Of a stretch of 64,000 nucleotides of DNA, positions 9,678 through 20,497 are shown in pieces. The translations under genes were made by a program, and so were the position numbers. The notes under the pieces are model-generated. The model saw only the letters and a program-made list of their open reading frames with translations, did no database searches and was not told the origin of the DNA. Origin of the DNA: Gemmatales bacterium (GTDB lineage: Bacteria > Planctomycetota > Planctomycetia > Gemmatales > HRBIN36); contig JBEPZY010000001.1 of NCBI GenBank assembly GCA_041640595.1, forward strand, positions 224,001 to 288,000. Direction: 5' to 3'. Each line of letters begins with the position of its first letter. Position 1 is the first letter of the stretch.

Positions 9678-12600
9678 TCAGGCGAGGCGCAACAGTTTGC
9701 GTGTCAGCCATTCCGCGGAAAGCAAAGTTACGACCACCACCAGTGCCCAGGGCGGACCCTGCGTGTGGTGCGGTTGCTCAGCGGGTTGCCAGAGCGATGC
9801 CAGGTAAAACCACAGATAATCGAAGCCCTTATCCCAGACGTCCTGGACCCGGCCTTCAGCGCGGGTTTCGGCCACGATCGATTCGAGTGCTTCGGGAATG
9901 GTGCCGGCGTCCGGCAACAGGAGGAACAACCGGCGGGTTTCGTTCTCCGGAGAGAGTTCGGTTGTTCCGGTCTGGCGAATCTGCTGCCGCATCGCCTGTT
10001 CGGCACGTTCAAGGGCGACAAAAAGCGATGCCTGGCGTCGCGCTGATTCGCTCAGTTCGCTGGCTGGGCTGGCCAGACGGTGTAAAGCCGCGTAGTCGGG
10101 ACGGGTGAAATCGCGCTCGGGATCACTGCGTTCGACCACGCAATCTCCTTCGAGCACGTCAATCGCACCCGGGATGGGTACCTGCACGCGATAACGCCCA
10201 GCCCGCAGGATTTGCACTCTTCCGATAAACCAGCCCGGTCGGCCAGGATCGGGTTGCATCGGTATTCCCCGCACCCACTCGGCCGGTACTTCGCCGCTAT
10301 CACTGCTGAGCGGTTTGACCCGCAGCAATACGCTGACGTTGCCACTGAGCGGTCGCATTTCCGCATCGTAAAGCTGAGCCTCCACCTGCACGACATCGCC
10401 TTCGGTGTAGCGGCTGCCAACCACCAGTAACCCGCGCCGGGTGCCGCGACTGGGATCGCCTTTGCCCATATAGCGAATGAGCTTTGTCCAGAACCGCTCG
10501 TAATAGCGCTCCTGAAAGGCACGCAGTCGCCAGATTTCCGGAGAACCGATATAGAAGACCGGCCCTTTACCGAGCCGATGCATGACGAAAAATGGCTGCA
10601 ACTGGCCGGGCTGGGGACCGTCAGGGCTGGTCAGGTAGCGTGGGTCGGGATCGCCGTAACGGGCCAGGACACTGGCGGCGCCTTTCACTTCCAGAACGGG
10701 AGCGAAGCTGTAAAAGCCACGCCGACTCGGTTCCAGAGCCCGACCCTGAGCCGAACGGCGGCGCTCGCCGGGTTTTGGTGTCTCGGTTTCCTGCCAGAAA
10801 AATTGCTCCCAGGCTTCCCGCCAGGTGTCGGGTAACTGACTGGTTTCCTGATCGTCGAGCAGGTTGAAAAACGGCATCTGTCCGGCCGCGGGTTCCCAAT
10901 TGACCGCCCAGGGTTCGCGGGCAGAGCGGTCGAGGATTTGCACCGACAACCGCGTGTTATCCAGCACCACCGGAAGCAGGAAGCGAATCGCCTCCAGTTC
11001 TTTGTCCCGGGCCACGTGAAAAGTGAAGATAGGCCCGGCCACGTAGATGAAGCCGCCGGCAAATTCCGTCACCCATCGCTTCAAATTTTCCAGCGAGCCA
11101 GCCGGAACACGCCGCCAATCCAAATCGAGGGCCACCACCACGTCATAATTGCCGAGATTGTAAGGGTCATCGTCGCGGTCACGCAAACTGTCCGGGAAAG
11201 CCGTCAGCAATCGCCTCGGGTCAACGTCTTGCACACTTTCCCGACCGGCGGATTGCAGGTAAATGGAAAGGTCGAATTTCTCCTGCTCCCGAACCAGCAG
11301 GGTACGCAGGAATTGATACTCACGCATCGGGGAACTGGCACAGAGCAGGACGTTGAGCTTTTTCTCTTCGACCTGCACCTGCACCGGCTTTTCGGACAGG
11401 TTGTCGGCGTGAGCACGTTCCCCTGGCAGGGGTTGCACGCGTGCCCAGAAGCGAAAGGTTCCCTGCAATTTTTCGGCGTTGCGGTAAACGAATTGCTCGG
11501 ATGCCAGGGCCAGCCGACCGGCAGTTGCCTGGAGTCGCACTTCCTTTTTTTCCAGCACTTCGGGGCTTTCCTGACCGGGCTTCTGCACCAGCAGGGTCAC
11601 CTGCACCGGTGTGCCAGGCGGAATGTTCTCCCCTTCGACAACAAAGCGCAGCGGAAATTCATCCTCCGGCTGGACGCGAGTCGGGCCGACAAAATCCACC
11701 AGCCGCAAGTTGCTCGTCTCCTGGTGAGCACCCACCGCGACCGTAAAAACTGGAATGCCCGACTTTTTCGCCTCCTCCAGAGCCTGCGTCATTTCCTGGG
11801 ACGAGCCGGCGTTGAATCGGCCGTCGCTGAAAATAATGACCCCTTTCAGCAGGTTGTTGGCTTCGCGGCGGATGACATCCACCAGGGCGCCGCTGGCATT
11901 GGTTCGATTGGGCAATGCCTGCTCCGCATCGCGGAGATCGCCGAGGGTTAGTTCGAGGCTCCGCAGCAATTCGGCACGACGACGCTCTCGGACTTCCGGT
12001 TCCGCACTGTCCAGGCTCACCAGTTGCGAGGCTGTTTTTTGCACCTGTTCCAGCACAGAAACCGGAATCGGGGTGGCCAGGTTTTGCGGTTGACCCACTT
12101 GCAGGAATGGCTGCAACTTCTCCCGCACAAATTGCCCCAGTTGTTCCCGAATCTCCTGCTGCACTTCGGCGGGCAAATCTTCCCAGCGTTCCGCTCGGGC
12201 CTGGGCTAACCGCTCGCGCAGAGAAGGCAGATTCAACGTGGTCTGCGTATCCAGTCGGGCTCCGAAACGGTAACAGACCACCGGGTTTTTAGCCAGTACG
12301 CGGGGCAGAAAGTCGGGGGTAAGCGGGCTACCGGCCGTGTCGGGCGATTGCGGATCCAGCCAGCGTAACAGCAATTCCTGCCGGGTGGGACGCGGCGTGT
12401 GCGGGTCTTCGGTGGGCGGAACATCGCTCACATGCATGCTCTGCGAGACGTCGAACAGCAAGACAATCCGGGAATGCCGCTCGCGTACCTCCACTTCGCG
12501 AATGGCCGGTAAGAGCCACACGAAAAACACCACCAGGATCGTCAGCATCCGCAACGCGGCCAGGAACAAAGCCCAGGGCTGGCCCACCGTCAGTCCTTCG

Positions 12601-12785
12601 CGGCGATACCAGCGAAAGACAAACACTGCCGCGACCAGCACCAGCACCACGCCCAGCCCGATGAGCAGGCCCGGCGTCATCCATTCCAGGCCCGGAATCT
12701 CACTCACCGGTCGGCCAAAAAGTTCCGGTGGGTCAGTCCAGCGACGAAGAATATGCTCGGTGGTGATCTGGGCGTCGGTTGACAT
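9678..12785 (-). CDS. membrane VWA-domain protein with glutamine-amidotransferase-like domain
   Basis: MIDAS motif FDVSQSM, T, FSDGR; YDVVV and GGGFIYVAG segments; C-terminal TM ending EWLTRK. Confidence 0.85.
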   Translation of the reverse strand: MSTDAQITTEHILRRWTDPPELFGRPVSEIPGLEWMTPGLLIGLGVVLVLVAAVFVFRWYRREGLTVGQPWALFLAALRMLTILVVFFVWLLPAIREVEVRERHSRIVLLFDVSQSMHVSDVPPTEDPHTPRPTRQELLLRWLDPQSPDTAGSPLTPDFLPRVLAKNPVVCYRFGARLDTQTTLNLPSLRERLAQARAERWEDLPAEVQQEIREQLGQFVREKLQPFLQVGQPQNLATPIPVSVLEQVQKTASQLVSLDSAEPEVRERRRAELLRSLELTLGDLRDAEQALPNRTNASGALVDVIRREANNLLKGVIIFSDGRFNAGSSQEMTQALEEAKKSGIPVFTVAVGAHQETSNLRLVDFVGPTRVQPEDEFPLRFVVEGENIPPGTPVQVTLLVQKPGQESPEVLEKKEVRLQATAGRLALASEQFVYRNAEKLQGTFRFWARVQPLPGERAHADNLSEKPVQVQVEEKKLNVLLCASSPMREYQFLRTLLVREQEKFDLSIYLQSAGRESVQDVDPRRLLTAFPDSLRDRDDDPYNLGNYDVVVALDLDWRRVPAGSLENLKRWVTEFAGGFIYVAGPIFTFHVARDKELEAIRFLLPVVLDNTRLSVQILDRSAREPWAVNWEPAAGQMPFFNLLDDQETSQLPDTWREAWEQFFWQETETPKPGERRRSAQGRALEPSRRGFYSFAPVLEVKGAASVLARYGDPDPRYLTSPDGPQPGQLQPFFVMHRLGKGPVFYIGSPEIWRLRAFQERYYERFWTKLIRYMGKGDPSRGTRRGLLVVGSRYTEGDVVQVEAQLYDAEMRPLSGNVSVLLRVKPLSSDSGEVPAEWVRGIPMQPDPGRPGWFIGRVQILRAGRYRVQVPIPGAIDVLEGDCVVERSDPERDFTRPDYAALHRLASPASELSESARRQASLFVALERAEQAMRQQIRQTGTTELSPENETRRLFLLLPDAGTIPEALESIVAETRAEGRVQDVWDKGFDYLWFYLASLWQPAEQPHHTQGPPWALVVVVTLLSAEWLTRKLLRLA

Positions 12786-12791
12786 GGCGGT

Positions 12792-15722
12792 TTAGCTCGC
12801 ACTTACTGTAGCCGGTTCCGCACTGGGCATCGCCGTGGAAATCAGGCGAGCTGCAGGCGGAGGTTGCAGCCCTTTTTCTCCAGCCGGGATATGGTGGCTG
12901 AATTTCATCGCCAAAAATTGTTCCAGCGCCAGTAGCCCCAGAAGGGCCAGCAGGACCCACGAATAATCAGACCAGGAGCGTGTCCGCAGAAATTCCTGCG
13001 GGGGAGGAGCGGACTCGGTCAGGAGAGGCGACCGGCTGACGATCTGCTGGGCTTCGGCGAAAGCCATCCGCTGTTCCCCTTCCGTCAAAGCGCGCAGCCA
13101 TTGTTGATGCAAATCGGCACTGGCCACGCGACGCAGGTCCGCTTCCTCGCGGCAATCGGGGTTGAAAGCCAGGATGCGGGATTCTGGTTCCCCTTTGGGA
13201 GTGATTCCTTCTCCCGGTTCGTTGAGGCGGAGCAGGTAGAATCCTGCTAGCTGCGGATGCAACCGGAAAACTACCTCGTCGCCCTGTTCCACGCCGCTGA
13301 TGGAACCGAGTGGCTGACTTTCTTCGCGCGGTTTACCTTCCGGCCAGTAATAGAGTTGCAGGCGTGGGGCATATTGCTCTTTGTCGAGGCGAAACTCGAC
13401 ACTGCGTTCCAGAAGCCGACTGCTCTCGGTCTGGCGTGCCTTGCGGGATTCGCCGGCCAGATAGCTTTGCAGAAACACCAGCATGGGAACGTAGCTGAAG
13501 AACAGCTCATTGCCCCAGTTGTTCCAGGAGTAATTGCGGCCAGGAATGGGCGTAGGATTGGCCGGAGTGAAAAACGCGACCACCGTTCCTCGCCGTTGTC
13601 CAGTTCCGACCTTGGCTTCCACGACCAGCGGGTCGCCTTCCAGGAGTTGCTGCTGGAATTTTTCCAACCGTTGCCGCAGTTCCTTGCGATCGGGACGTTT
13701 CCAGTATTCAGCAAGCTCTGGGTCGTTGAGCAAAGAGGAGACCGCTTCCAGAAGCGGTCCTTTTCGGCTGCGTTTGAGTTCAGCATCGGCGACCCAGTTG
13801 AGCATGCGCTGAGCGTAACTGGCGAGGACTGGTCGTTGCGGGGAGGTATCCTGGTTGAGAAGCTGCACCAGTTCCACCGTCTGCAAGCGAAATGCGGTCA
13901 ACGGCTCGCGGTTGGTCAGTTGCACCAGCACCTGCACATCCGGGCCCGGTTTCCATGTCGGGTCCACCTTGAAATAGCGGTTCACCTGCAGGTAACGGGC
14001 AAACTCTTCCAGCATTTCTTTGGGAAAGCTGAAGGCAGGATGCTGGGTTTGCAAAACCCGAACTTTCGGAGCGGTATCGTCCAGATCGGGCGGTTCGTCC
14101 ACGAAGGTGAGATTACTGGTGGGAACCGGTCGCAGTGCCAGCGGTGCCGGGAAAATGCCCTGCCCGTTGCGGTACAGAAATCGGTTGTAGAGGTCCACAT
14201 TCACGCGGTCGCCGAGAAAGAAAACGACGCTGCCACCTCGCCGCACATAGTTCTCCAGAGCCTTCAGGCTATCCTCGTCCAAGTCGGAAGGCCCGTTGCC
14301 CACCCCGGGAACGTTCAGCAAATAAACGACCGGATAATCATCGAGCTTACGGTTCTTGAGTTCGTTCGGCCGACACCGTTCCGCCCGCCAGCCCAGACGC
14401 CGACTTCCGCCAATAGCGCTGGCCACATATTCGCTGGGCGGTTTCGGGCTATCGATCTGGTGATCCGGGTCCACCAGCAGAACCGGTATATCTTTCCGCA
14501 ATTCGAGAAACAGATAGCGAACGTTGTCGGCGGGCAGATGATCGGGTTGCTGGCCGTCCTCGACATATACGGCAATCTGTTTCGGCCCCGGCGGGTCGGT
14601 CTCGTAAAAACGCATATCCAGGCGAACCGTACGCTCTTCGTAACTGCCGATGCGATCGACGGCCCGTGCGAACTCGTTTTTCTCCACGCCATCCACGCGA
14701 ACACCGACACGCAAGCCCGTGCGTTCTGTGGCACTGAAATTGCGCAGCGTCACCTCCAGGTCAAAGGGGACACCCGGTGCGATTACCTGAACGGGCACGG
14801 CACTGGCTGCTGTGCCTTCCTCGCGGCGTTGCTGAGCACGGGCGACCACGTGAACGATGGATAAGTTGGCGTGGCTGACCGGACGTTCCTGTGGATTGTC
14901 CGCCGTGCGGGTCGGGGCAGCCACATCGTACAGACGAATCCGTACCTCCTGACCGCGTGCCCAGTCTCCCAGCAGAGCCAGCACCGGTCGGAAACCTTCG
15001 TTATTCCAGTCCTGCTCGCGGAAATCGGTCACCAGGTGCAGGTACTTGTGGCCGCGTTTGATGCTGGCCAGGTAAGCGGCTATGCCGGGCGTATCAGACG
15101 AACCACGGAGCAGGGTCAACCAATCTTCTGGTTTGAGCCGCAATGCCGTGGGCGACGCCGCTTCCAATCGCGCAAGCATCCGCGACAACTCCTCGCTGGT
15201 CAGGAGCTGGCCAGGCAGTGCTTCCGCCAGCTGGGCATACGCCGGGCCGATCTCCGGCGTCTCCGGCTGGGATAGGCGGAACAGCGTTACGTAGTGGGCA
15301 CCGGGTGTGTCAAGGTAATCCCGCAACATCTGGGCGACTAATTCGGTAGCCCGGCGGAAAGCCGTCGGTCCGCCAATTGCCCGGGCATCTTCCAGATCCC
15401 GCATGCTCAGGCTATCGTCCAGCACGATGAAATGATAATGGGGCAATTCCTGACGCCGTGCCTGGGCCGCTTCTCCCATCCACCAGGTTGGCCGAACCAC
15501 CAGCGCCACCAGCACCAGCACTATCAGACAGCGGAGCATCAACAGAATAAGCTGTTCAATGAGAATGCGGCGGCGATTGCGCTGCTGCGATTTGAGCAAA
15601 AACTCCATCGCTGCCCAGGCAATCCGCCGGTACCGCATGCGGTTGATGAGGTGGATGATAATCGGGGAAGCGACTGCCGTGGCTCCCCACCAGTAGGCTG
15701 GATTGATGGCTTGTTCCCACAT
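12792..15722 (-). CDS. BatA N-terminal domain + VWA domain protein
   Basis: PIIIHLINR..WAAMEFL (BatA), LDDSLSM MIDAS, DNVRY, RGGSVVFFLG; C-terminal TM. Confidence 0.88.
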   Translation of the reverse strand: MWEQAINPAYWWGATAVASPIIIHLINRMRYRRIAWAAMEFLLKSQQRNRRRILIEQLILLMLRCLIVLVLVALVVRPTWWMGEAAQARRQELPHYHFIVLDDSLSMRDLEDARAIGGPTAFRRATELVAQMLRDYLDTPGAHYVTLFRLSQPETPEIGPAYAQLAEALPGQLLTSEELSRMLARLEAASPTALRLKPEDWLTLLRGSSDTPGIAAYLASIKRGHKYLHLVTDFREQDWNNEGFRPVLALLGDWARGQEVRIRLYDVAAPTRTADNPQERPVSHANLSIVHVVARAQQRREEGTAASAVPVQVIAPGVPFDLEVTLRNFSATERTGLRVGVRVDGVEKNEFARAVDRIGSYEERTVRLDMRFYETDPPGPKQIAVYVEDGQQPDHLPADNVRYLFLELRKDIPVLLVDPDHQIDSPKPPSEYVASAIGGSRRLGWRAERCRPNELKNRKLDDYPVVYLLNVPGVGNGPSDLDEDSLKALENYVRRGGSVVFFLGDRVNVDLYNRFLYRNGQGIFPAPLALRPVPTSNLTFVDEPPDLDDTAPKVRVLQTQHPAFSFPKEMLEEFARYLQVNRYFKVDPTWKPGPDVQVLVQLTNREPLTAFRLQTVELVQLLNQDTSPQRPVLASYAQRMLNWVADAELKRSRKGPLLEAVSSLLNDPELAEYWKRPDRKELRQRLEKFQQQLLEGDPLVVEAKVGTGQRRGTVVAFFTPANPTPIPGRNYSWNNWGNELFFSYVPMLVFLQSYLAGESRKARQTESSRLLERSVEFRLDKEQYAPRLQLYYWPEGKPREESQPLGSISGVEQGDEVVFRLHPQLAGFYLLRLNEPGEGITPKGEPESRILAFNPDCREEADLRRVASADLHQQWLRALTEGEQRMAFAEAQQIVSRSPLLTESAPPPQEFLRTRSWSDYSWVLLALLGLLALEQFLAMKFSHHIPAGEKGLQPPPAARLISTAMPSAEPATVSAS

Positions 15723-15746
15723 GGCTGAGTGTTTCCTGCACCCCGA

Positions 15747-16667
15747 TTAGCCGCGACGCTGTTTGACGTTGGCCTTCAGCCGCATGCGCGTGTGGAGGAA
15801 GCGCGCCAGCACCGCGTCCACGTAATCACTGGTTTTGACCAGCATGTAATCAATACCCCGCCGCGTACAACCACGCCGCACTTCCAGCAGGTATTCGTTC
15901 AGAGCCTCCAGGTAACCGTCTCGCAGAGCCCGCGGGTCGCAAATCAGGTGGGGTTGCTCTTCCATCCCTTCAAATCGCGTCGTGCCGCTGAACGGGAAAA
16001 TCAACTCGTCGTCGTCGAGCACGTGGAAAACAAGAATGTCGTGCTGCCGGTGAATGAGCATTTCCAACCCGCGGAACAGCGGCGGTCGGTCTATCAGCAA
16101 ATCGGAAATGATCACAATCAGACCGCGACCAGTCATGGTCTCGGCTACGCGCCGCAGGATGCCTTCGATATTGGTCTTCTGGCGTGGTCGGCTGACATCC
16201 ATCGCCATCAGCAAGCGGTCGAGCTGCGCTTGTTGACTGCGGGGCGGAATAATCTGCCGCACACCTTCATCGAAGGTGACCAACCCGACGGCGTCCTGCT
16301 GACGCAGCAGCAAATACGCCAGACAGGCGGCGATGGTGCAGGCATATTCGTATTTGTTCAACGCACCGCGACCGTAGCGCATGGATTCACTGACATCCAG
16401 CACCAGCTGGCAACGCAGGTTGGTTTCCAGTTCGTACTGCTTGATGTAGAAGCGGTCGGTGCGCGACCAGACTTTCCAGTCGAGTCGGCGAACATCGTCG
16501 CCGGGAGCGTATTCACGATGCTGCACGAATTCCACACTCTGGCCGAGGAACGGACTGCGATGCCTGCCGGAGATAAAACCTTCCACCACCTGCCGGGCTC
16601 GCAAATCGAGCCGACTGATGCGGGCAATCGCTTTCGGATGCAAAAATCGGCGAGGATCGTCCGACAT
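15747..16667 (-). CDS. DUF58 domain-containing protein
   Basis: G.HRS..GQSVEFVQHREYAPGDDVRRLDWK; LDVSESM; ISD. Confidence 0.93.
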   Translation of the reverse strand: MSDDPRRFLHPKAIARISRLDLRARQVVEGFISGRHRSPFLGQSVEFVQHREYAPGDDVRRLDWKVWSRTDRFYIKQYELETNLRCQLVLDVSESMRYGRGALNKYEYACTIAACLAYLLLRQQDAVGLVTFDEGVRQIIPPRSQQAQLDRLLMAMDVSRPRQKTNIEGILRRVAETMTGRGLIVIISDLLIDRPPLFRGLEMLIHRQHDILVFHVLDDDELIFPFSGTTRFEGMEEQPHLICDPRALRDGYLEALNEYLLEVRRGCTRRGIDYMLVKTSDYVDAVLARFLHTRMRLKANVKQRRG

Positions 16668-16968
16668 GTGTGCTTCACTCTGGAAAATTTCGGGATGTTG
16701 CGGTTAATTCGCTTGCCCAGGTGCTATCGTTGTAAATCGCGCAGGGCGAATATGCCTGCTGCTTCCGAGCAAGATGGCTCAGGCGAAGACGCCCGGTGGT
16801 TTCACCCCGGCGCCGGAGATCGTCGCGGCGACGGATGGGCGATTCTGGCGGGCCGACGATGGTTTCCACGGTCTGAGACCTGATTCGCTTTTATCCTTCG
16901 GCGAACCGTGGTCAGGTTCCACCGACCGGAAAGCCAACGTCAGTGTCTTCACTGGCGGCTCCGGGCTA

Positions 16969-18045
16969 TCAAGCGGCGAAGATTTTCTGGAAGCGCGGGT
17001 CCTGGGTCAGTTCGTTTTCGCGCGTCGGTGTGATTTTCAAGAGGCGGTCCACCACTGTGTCCGCGGTTACACCTTCCGAAGCGGCAGTGAAGTTGGTGAC
17101 CAGGCGATGACGCAGCACCGGCTTGGCCAGAGCCTGGATATCTTCGATTTGCACATGACCCCGGCCATACAGCAGAGCACGGGCTTTGCCGCCGAGAATC
17201 AGGTACTGCACAGCGCGAGGCCCAGCGCCCCAGGAGAGCCATTCCTGAACGAAATCGGGAACGCCCGGTTCGCCGACGCGCGTTTGCCGGACCAGCGCCA
17301 AAGTGTAATTGATGACGTGATCCGATACCGGCACCCGTCGCACCAGGCGTTGCAGTTCGAGAATCTGGCGGCCATCCAGTACCGGCGTAATCTCTTCCTG
17401 CAACAACGCCGTCGTCCGCCGGGCGATCTCGAATTCCTCTCGATAATTCGGATAGCGGACGAAAACCTTGAACATAAAGCGATCCTGCTGGGCTTCGGGT
17501 AGGGGATAGGTACCTTCCTGTTCAATGGGATTTTGCGTGGCCAGGACGAAGAACGGGTCGGGCAAAGGATGGCGCACCCGTCCGACGGTGACCTGCCGTT
17601 CCTGCATGGCTTCGAGCAGAGCCGCCTGGGTTTTCGGTGGTGTGCGGTTGATTTCGTCGGCCAGGATCACGTTGGCAAACAGCGGGCCGGGCAGGAATCG
17701 GAATTCCCGTTGCCCCGTCGTCCGGTTTTCTTCGATGACCTCCGTACCCGTGATGTCGGAAGGCATCAGGTCGGGAGTGAACTGGATGCGGCTAAATTCC
17801 AGGTGCAGGCATTTCGACAGCGTGCTGATCATGAGCGTCTTGGCCAGACCCGGCACGCCTTCGAGAATGCAATGACCGCGGCTGAACAGGGCAATGAGCA
17901 ATTGTTCGATCACCTGCTCCTGCCCGACAATCACCCGGGCCATTTGCCGCTTCAGCTCATCGTAGGCCTCGCGGACACGCTGCACCGCTTCCCGATCCGC
18001 CTGTTCCAGTTCCGGTTCCGCTGGAGTAATGACATGCTGGCTCAT
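16969..18045 (-). CDS. moxR: MoxR family AAA+ ATPase
   Basis: [68 protein letters not shown]. Confidence 0.95.
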   Translation of the reverse strand: MSQHVITPAEPELEQADREAVQRVREAYDELKRQMARVIVGQEQVIEQLLIALFSRGHCILEGVPGLAKTLMISTLSKCLHLEFSRIQFTPDLMPSDITGTEVIEENRTTGQREFRFLPGPLFANVILADEINRTPPKTQAALLEAMQERQVTVGRVRHPLPDPFFVLATQNPIEQEGTYPLPEAQQDRFMFKVFVRYPNYREEFEIARRTTALLQEEITPVLDGRQILELQRLVRRVPVSDHVINYTLALVRQTRVGEPGVPDFVQEWLSWGAGPRAVQYLILGGKARALLYGRGHVQIEDIQALAKPVLRHRLVTNFTAASEGVTADTVVDRLLKITPTRENELTQDPRFQKIFAA

Positions 18046-18097
18046 GATGCGTTTTCCTCTCCGCTTTAGGGGGAATCGTGGATTTTCTCGTCAGCTA

Positions 18098-19285
18098 TCA
18101 GCGCTGGAAGATGGGCAGGGCGGCTTTATCCAGTTGCAAAATGATCAGATGCAAACTGGTCGTGAAGACCGGGCCCACCCACCCTTGCGACCAGGCTCCG
18201 TTGGCAGACTGGCGACTCTTGAGATACTCGAAGACAACCTCGCGGTAGCGGCTCCATTTCAGTAGCACACGTTGCGACGGATCGCGGCGTTCGATTTCCG
18301 CCAAATCCGGCCGCAACTTCGCATGCCGATCCTCGCCCAGCACGTAAATCACCTGGGCGTAGTAAAAGTGCGTGTATTCCCAGTGTCCGAAACTATCCCG
18401 GCCGGTGCGGTCGATGGGAATATGCCGCATGCAATAGTTCAGCCACTGAATGGCCAGTTCGTTTTCGTATTCGCCAGCGCTGAACATGCAGGCAATGCCT
18501 GCCGCGGTCAAAGGGGGACGCACATTCCCGCCACCGCCCCGCAAACTGTAAGTAACGCCGGCCTCACGTTTGCGCGGGTCGGGGTCGTGGCGAACCACCT
18601 GGGTGCTCTTGCGAAGGTAATCTTTGGCCTTGTCGATCGTCTCCTTCGGCACAGGAATGCCGGCATCACGAGCAGCCCGCAGCGCTTGCAACTGCGTTAT
18701 CGTAACCGAACCCTCATCGAAATCCTGATTGTCGGCAGCAGAAACGTAGCCCCAGCCCCCCAGGCGTGTCTGTGCCCGGGCTGTAAACTCCACCGCTCGC
18801 TCCAGCACCCGCCGCAATTGCTCCCGCCGACGCGGATCGCTTTCCTCACCAAACACCTGCGACAGAAACATCAACGCATATCCATGTCCGTACATGTACC
18901 GTTGCTGCTCTTCGAGATTCTGAATGTTGGCGATCAAGCCGTTGGGCTGAACGCGGCTGAGCAACCACTCGACAGCATCCTCGATGTTTTTGCTGTAGCG
19001 ACCCTGAGTGGGGGTGCTTCCTTCGCAAAGCAGGGCCAGGCCAGCCAGCGCGGTCATGGCCACCGGATAGTTGCCGCCGTTGGCTTCCCAGTGTCCATCA
19101 CGTGCCTGGGCTTTGGCCAGCCACTGCAAACCGCGGTCAATGCAGTCCTGGTAGCGTGCCAGGAATTTCAGGGCATCGGGATCGTCAGCGGCATGGCAGG
19201 ATGAGACCTTCCCGGCCAGGGCTGGCGATGCCAGGGCGCTGACCGTTCCCGCTGCCTGCAGCAAAAATTCCCGCCGTGTCTGCAT
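18098..19285 (-). CDS. Tat-signal prenyltransferase/squalene-oxidase-repeat (terpene cyclase-like) protein, copy A
   Basis: TRREFL twin-arginine signal; QW-like repeats WLAKAQARDGHW, AQTRLGGWGY, RQSANGAW; MYGHG. Confidence 0.85.
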   Translation of the reverse strand: MQTRREFLLQAAGTVSALASPALAGKVSSCHAADDPDALKFLARYQDCIDRGLQWLAKAQARDGHWEANGGNYPVAMTALAGLALLCEGSTPTQGRYSKNIEDAVEWLLSRVQPNGLIANIQNLEEQQRYMYGHGYALMFLSQVFGEESDPRRREQLRRVLERAVEFTARAQTRLGGWGYVSAADNQDFDEGSVTITQLQALRAARDAGIPVPKETIDKAKDYLRKSTQVVRHDPDPRKREAGVTYSLRGGGGNVRPPLTAAGIACMFSAGEYENELAIQWLNYCMRHIPIDRTGRDSFGHWEYTHFYYAQVIYVLGEDRHAKLRPDLAEIERRDPSQRVLLKWSRYREVVFEYLKSRQSANGAWSQGWVGPVFTTSLHLIILQLDKAALPIFQR

Positions 19286-19300
19286 CAGTTCATCTCCATC

Positions 19301-20497
19301 TTAGCGCCGAAAAATCGGGACAGCCGCTTTGTCCAGTTGCATAACGATGAGGTTCAGACTGGTGGTGAAAATCGGCCCGACGTAAATTTCCTCAGCTTCT
19401 TGCCAAGCGCCAGTTTCGGATTGCCGACTCTTGAGATACTCGAAGACGAGCTCGCGGTAGCGGCTCCATTTCAGCAGCACACGTTGCGACGGATCGCGGC
19501 GTTCGATTTCCGCCAAATCCGGCCGCAACTTCGCGTGCCGATCCTCGCCCAGCACGTAAATCACCTGGGCGTAGTAAAAGTGCGTGTATTCCTTGTGGCT
19601 CACCCTGCCCCGAGCCGCTCGGTCAATGGGAATATGCCGCATGCAGTAGTTCAGCCACTGAATAGCCAAATCGTTTTCGTATTCGCCAGCGCTGAACATG
19701 CAGGCAATGCCTGCCGCCGTCAGAGCCGGACAGGCCTCATTGACGCCAAGTCGCAAACTGAAGGCGACACCAGCCTCGCGTTTGCACGGGTCGGGATCGT
19801 CGCGAACTACCTTGGTGCTTTTGCGAAGATAATCTTTAGCTTTGTCAATCGTCTCTTCGGGCACAGGAATGCCGGCATCACGAGCAGCCCGCAGCGCTTG
19901 CAACTGCGTTACCGTGACTGAACCCACATCGAAATGGTTGCAGTCGGCAGCAGAAACGTAGCCCCAGCCCCCCAGGCGTGTCTGTGCCCGGGCCGTAAAC
20001 TCCACCGCTCGCTCCAGCACCCGCCGCAATTGCTCCCGCCGACGCGGATCGCTTTCCTTGCCAAACACCTGCGATAGAAACATCAACGCAAATCCGTGTC
20101 CGTACATGTACCGTTGCTGCTCTTCGAGATTCTGAATGTTGGCGATCAAACCGTTGGGCTGAACGCGGCTGAGCAACCACTCGACAGCATCTTCGATGTT
20201 TTTGCTATAGCGACCCTGAGTGGGGGTGCTTCCTTCGCAAAGCAGGGCCAGGCCAGCCAGCGCGGTCATCGCCACCGGATAGCTGCCGCCGTTGGCTTCC
20301 CAGTGTCCATCACGTGCCTGGGCTTTGGCCAGCCACTGCAAACCGCGGTCAATGCAGTCCTGGTAGCGTGCCAGGAATTTCAGGGCATCGGGATCGTCAG
20401 CGGCATGGCAGGATGAGACCTTCCCGGTCAGGGCTGGCGATGCCAGGGCGCTGACCGTTCCCGCTGCCTGCAGCAAAAATTCCCGCCGTGTCTGCAT
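19301..20497 (-). CDS. Tat-signal prenyltransferase/squalene-oxidase-repeat protein, copy B (tandem paralog)
   Basis: Near-identical to 18098..19285; start placed at ATG 20497 (MQTRREF, GGAGA RBS) by analogy, not at the ORF-track start 20866. Confidence 0.85.
   Translation of the reverse strand: MQTRREFLLQAAGTVSALASPALTGKVSSCHAADDPDALKFLARYQDCIDRGLQWLAKAQARDGHWEANGGSYPVAMTALAGLALLCEGSTPTQGRYSKNIEDAVEWLLSRVQPNGLIANIQNLEEQQRYMYGHGFALMFLSQVFGKESDPRRREQLRRVLERAVEFTARAQTRLGGWGYVSAADCNHFDVGSVTVTQLQALRAARDAGIPVPEETIDKAKDYLRKSTKVVRDDPDPCKREAGVAFSLRLGVNEACPALTAAGIACMFSAGEYENDLAIQWLNYCMRHIPIDRAARGRVSHKEYTHFYYAQVIYVLGEDRHAKLRPDLAEIERRDPSQRVLLKWSRYRELVFEYLKSRQSETGAWQEAEEIYVGPIFTTSLNLIVMQLDKAAVPIFRR

Noticed and set aside
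13257..14864. 535-aa plus-strand ORF (similarly 15729-16883, 35900-37177, 38897-39940)
   Set aside because: Antisense shadows of well-supported genes in GC-rich DNA.
16675..16869. 64-aa ORF between moxR and the DUF58 gene
   Set aside because: No recognisable motif; cannot be supported from sequence alone.
18098..20497. Diversity-generating retroelement (template/variable repeat pair)
   Set aside because: No reverse transcriptase in the window; both copies are full genes, and the differences include an indel and do not look adenine-restricted.
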